A DNA stretch of 63,728 nucleotides, filler included. It is 11 parts of 11 records of this genome, joined end to end, with 100 filler letters (N's around TTAATTAATTAA, not from the genome) between each part and the next. Parts side by side here need not be neighbours in the genome. Positions count along the whole stretch, not along the records: positions 34,587 to 44,749 come from SRR7504441_3191; positions 44,850 to 48,222 come from SRR7504441_3192; positions 48,323 to 52,900 come from SRR7504441_3193; 8 more parts are not named here. One strand, 5' to 3'. Both the position numbers and the translations under genes were made by a program. The notes under the pieces are model-generated. The model saw only the letters and a program-made list of their open reading frames with translations, was not told the origin of the DNA and searched no databases. Shown piece by piece: positions 37,801 through 49,204 of the stretch (its first letter is position 1; each line of letters starts with the position of its first letter).

Positions 37801-40018
37801 TGGAGCTCAGATTGGAAACGCTCAAGAAATACTGCCAACGGCTTGAAGCTGCCAACGAGCCGGGATCTTTACCAGACACGCCATCCACTCCGCAAATCGG
37901 CTTAACCGCCGAGATTAACCTGAGTTTGTCCTCTGCTGCAACCCCAGAGATAGAGGAGCTGGAGCATCGATGCTTGGAGCTGGAAGCAACGGTCTCTGCC
38001 GAAAAGGTCAAGCGCATTCGCCAGCGGTTCAGCGGAGGCGACCTGAGCGGCTCAGCCGAGCGGGAACAGGCGGTTCTGGCGCTCGTTGAGGCTCTGGAGG
38101 AGGCAGAGAGCGCTTCTACTGTGCCGCAGGACAGGCCGATTCAGTCGCTGAGGAGATCGCTGAGGACGTCATCCGAGCTCCCGGGATGTGATGTCGATTC
38201 AGAGCCTGCGCAACTGACTCGGACCATATCTGAGAGATCGGATGAGACACCGGACGAGATGCAGGCGCGATTCACAAGGTCGGCGATGGTTGAAGCTTTG
38301 GAACAGCTACAACAGCTAATGGTAGACAAGGACAGGCAAGAGCAGAACTTGCAGAAGGTAGACGGGGAGATTTCGGTGCTGCAAGACCGGGTGGAGTACT
38401 TCAAAGCGCAGCAGGAGAAGCTAGCGCAATTTGCGGGCACAGGGGTGGATTGGCTGCTGACCGAATGGCGGGTCTGTACCCGATTATTTCTCAACAAGAG
38501 CATGACGAAGTGTGTCAGAGACATGGATGTGGTCGGTGTTGGACATCTGCTGCCACATGTAGGTCAGTTGCTGGCTCTGACTGCCGAATCGACTAGACTA
38601 ATCCTTGGTGTTGGCAGAGCATCTGGACGACTGTGTTGACAGTGCGTCCGGACTCGGTGTCTTCGATTTGCTGGTTGGATGGGGTGAGCTGAGACTCGAC
38701 GCAGTGTGATTGGAGGCCAGGTCCATGGAAAGAAGGCCAGGACAGCGAGCACTGCTCTAGATGGCTAGAAATAGGCTGCCTCATGCTTGCAGCCCGTGGC
38801 CAGGATTCCAAGCCATTCAGTCTCAACAAGCAGCTTCCGCCATCACACGGTGGTGGCTGTATGCTGCACCTCCTGCTGCGCAACCCTCCGGTCCCGCAAC
38901 GGGACGCGTTGTGCACCGAACTCTTGAGATCCGGCGCGTGTCCTCTCAAACAGGATCTTGCGGGGGTCTCCCCCATGCACATGGTTGCATCCGAAGGCTC
39001 GATCCCTCTGATCACGGCCATGCTCTCAACAGTTCAACTCAGCGGCGACCTGGACACTGCTCTCAGCCACACCACACTGTCGGGTCACACTGTGCTGCAC
39101 CTGGCGTCGGCAGGGGCAAGCAGTGACGGGTGCAGCAGAGCACATGCCTGCGAGTCGCTGGTCATGTGTAAGGCCCAAGTCAACGCTGTTTCGCTGGCTG
39201 GAGAGACGCCGCTGCACATGGCCGCTCGCTGGGCGGATCCTCAGGTCTGTGCAGCGGCCTCGTCGCGTGTCTGATCTGCTCGTGTGCAGGTCTGCAAACT
39301 GCTGGTCGATTCTGGAGCGCCGGTCAACGCGGTCGTCGAACCATCAAAAGCGACCTCACTCCACTTGGCGCTCCAGGCTGTGCCCCGGTTTGGTCCGTCT
39401 GAGACTGACGGGCGATCCGAGTGGTACTTGAGTGCAGCTGACACCCAAGGGATCCAGTGCAGCCTGCAGCTCCTACAGCTCGGGGCCGACGCCGCTGCAG
39501 TCACTGCAGATGGCTGGACTCCGCTAATGATAGCTGTGCACAAGGGCTGTTTCGAGCTGAGTGACCTGCTGATGCGAATCGATAGAAACTCGGATTTTGT
39601 GTCACAGTCGTTGGCTGGAGGCTGGAATGCCCTGCATCTGGCAGTGCTGTCGGGCAACAGCATGCTCTGTCAGAGCCTTTTGGATGCAAAGGTGGATCAA
39701 TCTAGAGAAGCGGTGGTGTCTGTGATTGACGCAGCCGTCACCAGTGTCACTGCAGCTGCTCTTGCCGAGGTGCCCACCTGCTCCAGGGCTGTGGCTCACG
39801 GGGCTGGCTGGCAGATTTTGCAGCGTGCTGCCAAAAACGGGCAGCGCTGGGACGGGGTGGTGGCGGTGCTGCAGAAGAAGGCGACTGATATTGCCTGTTT
39901 CAGATTGATGGTGTGGCAGGTGAACACGGATGATGTGGTCGCAGTTCAGGACGAGAAGGTTACCAAGGCGTTCGAGCTACTGATCAATAGCGGCTTCGGG
40001 CATCGACGCTCCTGCTGA
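34830..40018 (+). CDS. Rab-GAP: PH-like domain(s) + TBC + coiled coil + ankyrin repeats, multi-intron
   Basis: TBC fingers IYKDMTRT and GYMQGM..EEQAFW; ankyrins GETPLHMAA, GWTPLMIAV, GWNALHLAV; PH-like FYLQARD..WVRCI. A single gene is inferred from splice-compatible frames. Confidence 0.75.
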
Positions 40019-40165
40019 TCCTGTGACGACTCCACTAATCGGTATCTAACAATACAATTTTTCTCATCACAACCGGTGCATAATTATCGAGTACGCACAC
40101 AATCATCCGAGATCGGAGCTCGGTGCACAAACTGGTTTGAGCTATTCAAAATTCAATCTTTTAAA

Positions 40166-40204
40166 ATGACGACTACTCAGTACATGGATTTGAGTAGTCG
40201 TCAT
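40166..40204. repeat. Perfect 14-bp inverted repeat with 11-nt loop
   Basis: ATGACGACTACTCA-gtacatggatt-TGAGTAGTCGTCAT. Confidence 0.9.
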
Positions 40205-40376
40205 CCTCGTAGCCCGTCGCAACTCCGGCTGAAGCTAGGCTGTTCAATGGTCTAGACTCCGGAGCCGCTCTTCGAAGAGGCTGTCTACACATCTACGGCT
40301 GTACAGATCTACAGTCGTAGGGAGGGACTCTCTCTACGAGTACCGGTAGAGAGGTCCCAACGACAATCCCGAGACA

Positions 40377-41192
40377 ATGCGGCAGGCGATCAGATTGGCG
40401 CGTCGAGCCGGGCCCACGGCGATGATGGTGGCGGCTGGGGGTGCGTGGTCGCTGAGCGCACCGAGCTGGACGGCACCGGCCGAGCCCAAGCTGATCGGGC
40501 CTCTGGCGCAGACGGAGGTGGACGGGCTGGTGGCCGAGTGCCCGTCGCTCCGATTGATGGCCCAGACCCAGCAGCTCAAGGCGCTGATGACCATCCTGCG
40601 GGACGAGCGGACCGAGGCGGAGGAGTTTGTGTTCTACGCGGACAGGATTATCCGGATGCTGGTGGAGGATGGGCTCGAGGAGATGCCCCACGTGACCAAG
40701 CGGGTCAACTCGCCGACCGGGGTGGCGTTCGACGGCGTCGGATGGGAGCTGCCGTACAAGGAAAAAATCTGCGGGGTTTCGATCGTGCGGGCCGGCGAGT
40801 CGATGGAGGCCGGGCTTCGGGCGGTGTGCAAGGGTATCAAGATCGGCAAGATCCTTATCCAGAGGGACGAGGCCACCGCGCTCCCCAAGCTCTACTACAG
40901 CAAGTTTCCCAAGAACATCGCCAGCCAGACGGTGCTGCTGCTGGACCCGATGCTTGCCACCGGCGGCTCGGCCATCGCGGCGATTGACGTTCTGGTGAGT
41001 CACGGGATCCCGCCGGAGCGAATTGTCTTCATCAACCTGGTCTGTTGCCCCGAAGGGATCAGGAACATGCATTCGGCCTACCCGGCAGTCAGAATCGTGT
41101 CGGCCGCGTTGGACAACTGCTTGGACGAACGGAAGTATATCATACCGGGTCTGGGAGACTTTGGCGATAGGTACTTCGGTACCGATCAATGA
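40377..41192 (+). CDS. UPRT: Uracil phosphoribosyltransferase (intronless, N-terminal extension)
   Basis: FVFYADRIIR, CGVSIVRAGESME, LLLDPMLATGGS, PGLGDFGDRYFG. Confidence 0.95.
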   Translation: MRQAIRLARRAGPTAMMVAAGGAWSLSAPSWTAPAEPKLIGPLAQTEVDGLVAECPSLRLMAQTQQLKALMTILRDERTEAEEFVFYADRIIRMLVEDGLEEMPHVTKRVNSPTGVAFDGVGWELPYKEKICGVSIVRAGESMEAGLRAVCKGIKIGKILIQRDEATALPKLYYSKFPKNIASQTVLLLDPMLATGGSAIAAIDVLVSHGIPPERIVFINLVCCPEGIRNMHSAYPAVRIVSAALDNCLDERKYIIPGLGDFGDRYFGTDQ

Positions 41193-41616
41193 TCAATGAT
41201 GGCCGCCAAGCGATCACATTTTTTCAATGAGAGATAAACTTACTATATATGTTCCTTTGGTTTAATCGGGTGGTAGTGCGTACGAAGTTGACGATGTGAT
41301 TGGTGGAACGATCAATACGACCCTAAACCAAGGTCACTTATACTCTCTCTAATCTCTTTATCGTTGAGGCTGTCCAATTAATGACAACGCTAAATAATGT
41401 TGTCAGTAAGGCTGCACCAACACAAACACAAGTGCAGCCGGACGCAATTGTAAACACTGGGAAAATGCTTTTGCACTTGAAATCCGCAGGTAATTGCATA
41501 TGAGACATATCATTCAGCTCTCCCAAGGAAAATGCTTAATAAGGGCAGTTGCCATTGCACTTGAAATCCTCTGAAAAGTGAACGCGAATGAGTAGGGAGC
41601 GAAGTGCTTGCCGTGT

Positions 41617-42744
41617 CTAGCAGCCGCAGCCGTCCTTCTGTTTGTTATCAATAGCCGCGCCCTTCAATGTGATTGACTTGGGTTTATTCCCTCGGCCGGG
41701 GTCAATCTTGGTTTGCTGGGACACGCGCTTCTGAATATCCCTCGTGAGCTGCAGGAACGCAGTTTCCACATTGTGATTGCCCTTGGCGCTGGTCTCAAAG
41801 AATGGGATCGCGTTTGTGTCTGCAAACTCCTGAGCGACACAGGCCCGTCAGCGACACTCGGCGCCAAGGGCGTGGCGCTACACAGACGGACCTTCGCAGT
41901 TGCAAAGTCCACGACCTTCTTCTGGTGCAGGTCGCACTTGTTGCCCACCAGCATCTTGTTCACGTGCTCGTGGCAGTACCGGTCAATCTCAGAGAGCCAG
42001 CGCTGAACCGCTGTGAAGCTGTCCTCGTCGGTGACATCGTAGACCACGATGATGCCTGCGGCAGCCCAGCGTCACCCGACGAGCCGCCGGCGCTAGTAAG
42101 CACCGTGTGCCCCCCGGTAATAGCTGCTTGTGATGGTGCGGAATCGTTCCTGCCCAGCAGTGTCCCACTGCACAGCCAGCCAGTCAGCACACAGGTGACC
42201 AATGACCGACGACAGGGGCAGAATGCAGCCGCGGCCAGGCCGGGGGGCACGGGCTCCGTGTCGAGTCCGTGCGAGGCTCCGGCTCGGGGGATAGCGAGAC
42301 TGTTCTTGGTCAACGAACCACCGGCTGGCGACGGCGAGCCAGCCGGCGAGGCGGGGGGCAGGAAGCTAGGGGCGCGGCTCACAATCTGCAGCTTGATGAC
42401 CTTGCCATCGATTTCGACGGTCCGAATTTTCTGCCGATTAAGGCCGGTCAGCCGGGCGGGCACAGCCAACTGCAGCGGGTTTGACTCACAAAGTCGACGC
42501 CGATTGTGCTGATATAAGTCTCGGTGTAGGTGTCGTCTGCGAATCGTAGCAACAGGCAAGACTTGCCCACGCCAGAGTCCCCGATCAGGAGCAGCTTGAA
42601 GAGGTAGTCGCTGAAACAGCACAAGAGCAGCCGTCAGCCGCTGGGGGCCGGGGCGGACGGCGGACAGCGCACGACTCGGGACGCAGTGGGGCCGGGGCTA
42701 GGCAGGGGTTGTGGGGCCGCTTACTACTCCGCCGTGTTCGCCAT
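41617..42744 (-). CDS. RAB1: Rab1/Ypt1 GTPase, 5 introns
   Basis: [69 protein letters not shown] and C-terminal CGC. Confidence 0.96.
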
Positions 42745-42859
42745 CCCGCTTAGTTGGTTGTTTGGCTTGGGCCTGCCTCGAGAGGATGGCCTGTGCACTG
42801 GGTCGAAGCTGAGGTGGAAACTCTGGGCTTCCAACGGCACTCGATTCTCGAGCGGGAAA

Positions 42860-43907
42860 ATGTTGCCCAGAAACGTGGCTGGACTGGCGCTTCGGGGCCT
42901 GGCGCGAGCTCGGGCGGCGCCCGGCAGCGGCCTGGCGAGCTGGCCTGCCCGCATGCCGCGCATACCGGCCGGTGCGGCCAAACCCGAACCATTGCTGAGC
43001 CGTGGGCTGCAGCGGCCCCCCGCGGCTTGTGCTCTCAAGTTGAGAAAAAGCCGAGCGAGCAAGGTGGCTACCTACGGGCGGGCAGAGCGGCCAGCCTGGG
43101 TGCAGGCGGGGAGAAACCGGACAGCCAAGTGTCGATCATCGCCCAAGCGACTGCGATTGACGGATAGTGCGGCCAGATCCCGCCGGCCGAGCTGAGCAGT
43201 TTTGCAGCGGCAAGAAGTACGGCGTGATGGACGACATACAAGCCCAGCCTACCGTGGCCGGCAAGGTACGCCGGATGGTCGGCCGGCCGCCCAGCCGGGG
43301 CAGGCCTACAAGGCTGGAAGTTACGCCACCCAGCTTTGCCTGGCCATGGGCGGGGTGGTGATCTTTGGTTGGATTGTCAAGTCCCTGTACGGCAACCTGA
43401 TGACCAAGACCAGGCGCCCCCCCCCCCGGCCCGGCCAGCCCTCGAGCGGTCGGCAGTCCGACCCAAATCTTCAACGGCGCAATGAGCCAGCTAGAGATCC
43501 ATCCAAAGGTGCGAACCACCGACCGCCGTGCGCTGAGCCTCACCCAAGGTTGAAGTCGAGCTGGGCACTCCGATCAAAGGGCACGGCGGGGTCGGGGGGC
43601 GGGCTTCGCGCCAAATGGAGCATTACAAGTGAGCGCCGCACGTCGGGATGGGCTGAGCCGGTGGCAGGGGGCAGCGACAGGACGGCGAGACGTACACCTA
43701 TGTCAAGTTTATGGTGGAAGGCGCTCGGCACGACGGGCTGGTGCACGTTGAGTACAAGGGCAACGAGCTCAACTATCTGATTGTCGAGGTGGCGCGCGGT
43801 GCAGCCGGTGGGCTCAGCCAGTGCAGGTGCCCGCGACTGGGGCCACGTTTGCGGTGGAGGACAACCGAGCCAGGAACCGGGCCGCAGCTAATGCAGCCAG
43901 CCCCTGA
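42860..43907 (+). CDS. TIM21: Mitochondrial import subunit TIM21, multi-intron
   Basis: Arg-rich presequence, one TM, then SPTQIFNGA..HPK|VEVELGTPIKGHG..VKFMVEG..GLVHVE..YLIVE|VP..VEDNR. Confidence 0.85.
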
Positions 43908-44070
43908 ATTCGTGGCCTCACAGCGCGCGAGCTCTAGTGCAGCGCGGACCGTTTAATTGAAAGGTGCATGAAGGCCGAGGCGAGAGCCTCATTGTGTGGC
44001 CCAACTGGCTGCACGGTGGAGCCGCGGTTTATAAATCGATGATGTATTTGCTACTAGTTCAAACCAGCGG

Positions 44071-44577
44071 CTATCTTATCGAACGCATCAGCCACCGGCC
44101 GCACCAAGCCAGCGCGGTGACAGTTCCTACCGCCCCGAGCAGCACCGCCAACCGGTCGCCAGCCGGCCTCTGATGCCGTAGCTTGCCGTCTATCACCCGG
44201 CGATAGTAGCACGAGACCCGGCTGGCCCCGGCGCCGTCCTTGGTGTGGCAGGCGCCCTTGCGGCGCGGGATTACCTTATAAAGCAGCGAGTTTTGCTCGC
44301 AGTTGACCCAAATCGAGACAAGATCGAGCACGTCCCCCGAGCTGGCCCCCTTGACCCAAAGCTCGTTCCGGGAGGTCGACCACAGGCAGCACACCCCCCG
44401 GCTGACCGACTCGTCCAGCGCCCGCTGGTTGGCGTAGGCCAGGATCAGCACCTCCCCGGTCCGGTCGTCTTGCACCGCCACCGGCACCACATCGCACCCG
44501 GCTGCCCCCACCTTTGCCAGCTTGCTCCAGTCGAGCCTCAGCTCGGTGCCCTCTTCCAGCTCGGCGTGCCCACCCAT
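44071..44577 (-). CDS. hisI: Stand-alone phosphoribosyl-AMP cyclohydrolase with a C-terminal hydrophobic tail
   Basis: VPVAVQD..GEVLILAYAN, WSTSRNELWVKGASSG, NCEQNSLLY, ACHT..SCYYR. Confidence 0.9.
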   Translation of the reverse strand: MGGHAELEEGTELRLDWSKLAKVGAAGCDVVPVAVQDDRTGEVLILAYANQRALDESVSRGVCCLWSTSRNELWVKGASSGDVLDLVSIWVNCEQNSLLYKVIPRRKGACHTKDGAGASRVSCYYRRVIDGKLRHQRPAGDRLAVLLGAVGTVTALAWCGRWLMRSIR

Positions 44578-44749
44578 CGCTGTCAGCTGCTCTCCGCTGC
44601 ACGGCTCTCTCACCCGATGTGGGGTCGAGTTTACCGTTGAAGAAGCGCCCCGACATCACTGATGGTGGCCAACAAGGGACCTGACGCAGCCGCGGACCAG
44701 TGGGCGACGACCTAACGACGACTAGCCGCACGCCTACATCGAGATGAAC

Positions 44750-44849
44750 NNNNNNNNNNNNNNNNNNNNNNNNNNNNNNNNNNNNNNNNNNNNTTAATTA
44801 ATTAANNNNNNNNNNNNNNNNNNNNNNNNNNNNNNNNNNNNNNNNNNNN
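44750..44849. other. Artificial contig linker
   Basis: N44-TTAATTAATTAA-N44. Confidence 0.99.
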
Positions 44850-47800
44850 TGGAGGTACTGCGGCGGCACCTGCAATCGGCGGGGCCCGAGTGACCATTTG
44901 GAACAAGCGGGACAAACGGATAATCAGCGGCAACGCAGGTGCCTGCGCCGCTGGGTTAGGGTAAATGACTGGTTGACAGCACCCTTGGAGAAGAACCTGG
45001 CGGCATACTTGAGGAATCGGCCACACTGCGAAGTTTATAATGGCACAATGCCAGTCCTTCCCAACATCCCATTTCCCGAACCGCACATAGACAAAACTGC
45101 CAGCTTCTATCGGCCTGGTGGCAGCACCCTCGAGGACTGGGGGAGTCCATGTCTTATCCTGGCCTGTATACTCCTCGCAGTCCGGATATTTTGCCAAATA
45201 GTCACGCAGGTTCAGTTGCATGGGGGACGCATTACCAGAGATCTTTCGCCCGACAACGCGATTCCACATGGTCACTCGGCATCTCAGCAGGGTGCTCCAC
45301 TTGCCCACAGGCATCAGCACCGCAACAGAAACATTTTCTATCTTCTGAAATTCCACTGGCATTGTGATTCTTGCTTCCTTGCAAGCATTTAACAATTGCC
45401 GCAATGCGCTGCACGTCTTGGATACCTCTGGATCAGCCTGAATTTTGTTATTCAATTCAGTTGCTTCAGCCTCACTCAGCCCCTTTTCGCCCATTGAATG
45501 CAACAGATACAGTTGCACAGCTTCAGAGCATATCTGTGTTGTGAACTCTGAGCTTTCTGCCATCTTCTCGATCTTTTGTCTGATCTGAGTCACGAAACGA
45601 GGCTCAGTAGCCGGATTGATTCGAGCAGCTGCAGCATGTGCACTAGCTGCCTCGTTGGCCTTCATGGCAGCCTCCTGAGCCTTCGTCTCAGTGGCAATCA
45701 GTTGGGCAAACTCTTGATACTGCATGAGCACGACTTGATCATCCGTGTACTTGAGCGGTAACTGACTGTTGAGATGAGCCTTGCAGAACTGTACCATGGG
45801 CTCCAGTACCTTGCACACATACTGAACAGACTGGTCCTTAGCTGCCTCGCGCACTATCACTTCAGATTCCACTCCTTCCTGAATCTTGTGACCAAGTGAG
45901 TGGGCAAGGAAGGCTTGAACTTGGGGCTCTGCAAGCTTGCTCATGAACCCATCAGCTGCTTTGATGATCTTGAGCATTTTCAGGACCTCTACCGCCTTCA
46001 TGCTCTTATCACCCCTAATCAGAGCATGCGCCATGAATTCCTCAAACTCATCTGGTGACATTAGCATCAGTTGGCCTTGGAGCACTTTGAGAGGGAGGCG
46101 CATCTCTGCTTCCCTACACCAGTGTGCCAGCACTCGGATCTGAGAGAAGAGAATCTTGTACATGCCTTCCCACGCCTGATCAGCCGAATCATCAAAATAG
46201 CCAGTCTTGAAAACGTCTGTGAGAGCCTTCTGGACATTGGGTTGAGCCAATGAGCTAACTACGGCAGGATCAGAAACAATTGTTGTGTAGGTCACCCGAA
46301 CCTGCTCTATGGGGTCTGCGCCAACGCTTGTCGGAGAACGTGGGCTGCCCGCTTGAGCTGGCTCGTCCTTTTGAACCTTGGATAACTCCTGTCGGAGCTG
46401 GCCACTCTCTTGATGCCATTTGAATGCATTCATATTTATGCCACTTCCACCTGCCACAAAGGCATCGAACTCCTCAGGCTTGAGCAAGGTCAGCTGAGTG
46501 TTGTTGAAGGTGAAAGGCACACTGATAAGTTGTGCAGCTACGCATTCTTTGAAGAGAGGATCCAGAAGTCGGCAGACATATTCCACGCCCTCATCTGATG
46601 TCAGAAGATGCTGATCCACTTGGCTCAGCTGCACCTTTTGAAGGTGGTGCATGAGCCACTTTTGAACATTGGCGCTCAGCATCCTTTGCAAGAAGTTTCG
46701 ATTTGAGTGCAGCGACAGCAAGCATACGCGGACGTTCTTTAGATGCTTTGCAATGTTTTCACGACTGCGTTGTGCAGCCACTTGCTGCGCTCTCTCAAGC
46801 TCCGCCTGCCTCCTCGCCCTTGCCCTCTCGAGTTCTTCTGACTCCTTGGCCTTCTGAATCGCCGCCTGCCTTTCCCTCTCGCGCTGTTCTAGCTCTTGCT
46901 GGCGTCGCTTGCTATCTTCTTGCTGCTTCACCACTGTTTCCTGCGTGTTTGTCCAGGCTCCTGAAACCTGCGGAGAACACTCAGCATCACGCCAAACGGA
47001 GGCAGAAGCTGACCGTGTCTTGTGGAATAAGGTCTGCTGCAGCTTCAGCCACCTTTGCCATTGTTGTGTTTTTGGCACCGCATAGCTTCTGCATCAGCGC
47101 GACTGCCTGCAAACAATACAGAGCGAGTGAGTGGCTGATGGCCAATGCGCTGTATGACCTTGATGCGCTTTTCGACTGAAGTTGCCACTTCAGCCTCAAT
47201 CGCCTTGATCAGATTGCCCATAAACACACCAGCAAATGCTGGAGACTCCCTCCTCAGGATCTTAGTTGTCTGGTCTGAAAACTCATGGAACAGGTACGCC
47301 CAGGGACAGCCAGCACTTAGCCATTCCGCAAGTGGCAGATCGATGCCTTTGGCAGGCCATGAAGCCGTGAACGGAGGTGCAACGTGCACCACTACAGGTT
47401 GGGCCAGCTCGTAGCTCCTCTGGAGCAAGCAGCTGCAGCAGAGAGTCCTCTCAATCAGTGGAACGCCCTTGAGCTTACAGACATTGCACGTCAAGGTCTC
47501 GGGCTTTTCTAGATTCTTGGTGAGGATCCGTCCATTGAAAACGGTGTAAGGAAACTCGGCTGGTGGTGGCACCATCTCGTGAAAGCCAACTTCCTTCTCC
47601 TCGTCGTCATGATACCTCACATACAGTGAACCCTCTCGCGGCCACAGCATGAACAGAGCTAGAGCGTCAAACGTCTGTGGAGCCGACGCCTGGGAAAGTT
47701 TTACAGCCTGCCCATGCTGCACTGCTCGACCAGTTGTTGGGATTCTACCCATCCCCAGCAGAGATGCAATCTTGCGACCATGTGTCAGCCCTCCGCGATA

Positions 47801-48222
47801 AGTCTTACCCAGCGCCTCAAGAGCTCTCACAATTCTCAAATATTCGGTGGCTGCAGCCTGCTGCCTCGCCTCCAGGCGATTTGCCCACTGCTGTCGTGCT
47901 TCTACAGCTTGGCGCTGCTTCTCACCTGCATATTCATAGAATGCCCTCATCTCCTTCTTGCGCTCAGGGTTGTTCCTTGATGAAAGTGGGGCGTTCTCCA
48001 TTTCTGCCTCGAGATCTTTGAGCGTCTTCTCGAAATCTTTGAGTTCCAGTTCAGGCTGATTATGCTCAAATTGGTGGTACTCGCTAATGCCCTTCCAAGT
48101 CGCAATCCGAGTGAAGACCTCATTGAAGTCGCTCCTCTCGCGCTGCGTGTACAGCAGTGTGTCGAATATCACGTCATGGAGCATGTCCAGTGTCGAATGC
48201 AGGTCCTTGGAAGGATTGAGGC
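44850..48222 (-). CDS. Large partial protein with four internal repeats and a BRK-like domain
   Basis: ORFs 47045-48184 and 44802-47078 join via two GT-AG introns (about 52 and 46 nt). BRK-like segment RVTMWNRVVGRKISGNASPMQLNLRDYLAKYPDCEEY. Confidence 0.7.
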
Positions 48223-48322
48223 NNNNNNNNNNNNNNNNNNNNNNNNNNNNNNNNNNNNNNNNNNNNTTAATTAATTAANNNNNNNNNNNNNNNNNNNNNN
48301 NNNNNNNNNNNNNNNNNNNNNN
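48223..48322. other. Artificial contig linker
   Basis: N44-TTAATTAATTAA-N44. Confidence 0.99.
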
Positions 48323-48375
48323 ACCCGAGAGCCACGGGACGCTCTGACTGGATGAGCAGCCGATCTCGAAGTGCT

Positions 48376-49204
48376 ATGGCCGCCGGCCTGCTGCTGATGG
48401 CTGCCGCGACGACAGAGGCTGCCAACTGCGCCAGGCCCGGATTCCCAAACGGCACCGGGTGCAGCCCAGGGTTCGAGATGTGCTGCCCTGGCAAAGGGCC
48501 GCAGGCCTGTCCGATGCGGACAGACACGCCGCCCACAGCCGTCTTCCACCTGCAGAACCGGCAAGGCTGCGGCGAGAATGAGCTGTGCAGTTGATCCTGG
48601 TGTTGAGACACACGTTGGGACTGCCAATGCGACCGATGCGGTCATTACCTTTAGACTCCCTGCAAAGCCAGCGGTGTTTGGGTTCGCCACGCAGGGTCTG
48701 GTCAGTCCTGATGGTCGGAACCACTCGGTCCTCAAGGATGGATTCATTGTTACAATCAACTACACAATGCCCAACGCTTCCGAGATCGCGGCTGGCATTC
48801 ACTACATTTCGACCTCCGTCGAAATTACAGCCCAAGTGGCGCCGTCCCCTCCACATGCGACGCAGGCCAACGGAGGTCCTCCAATGCCATCTGCGCCGGT
48901 GCCTCTGCTTCCTCTGCTACTCAACGAGACAGAACTCACCGTACGTGTGTTCACGGATGGCCCTGGGAAATCTATCGAAATCTACTACCAGGGAGGACGC
49001 ACTGTGCACACTGCGATGTGGAACTATCATAACGGAGCACCGCTCGCAACTCCGGCAGGCATGTGGCGAGGAGGTATGGCAGTGTGGAACCATCAGAACA
49101 GCACAGCGGCGGTAGAGGCCACTGCATGCACAGTGTGGACCATGGGATCCATATGGACAACACAAGAGGAGGTCCTTGCGACACCCCGCCGTGATCGGAA
49201 ATAA
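48376..49204 (+). pseudogene. GH32-like gene missing its catalytic propeller (deletion or misassembly)
   Basis: Signal peptide and FHLQNRQGCGEN run directly, out of frame, into the C-terminal sandwich motif LTVRVFTDG..SIEIYYQGGR. Confidence 0.55.
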
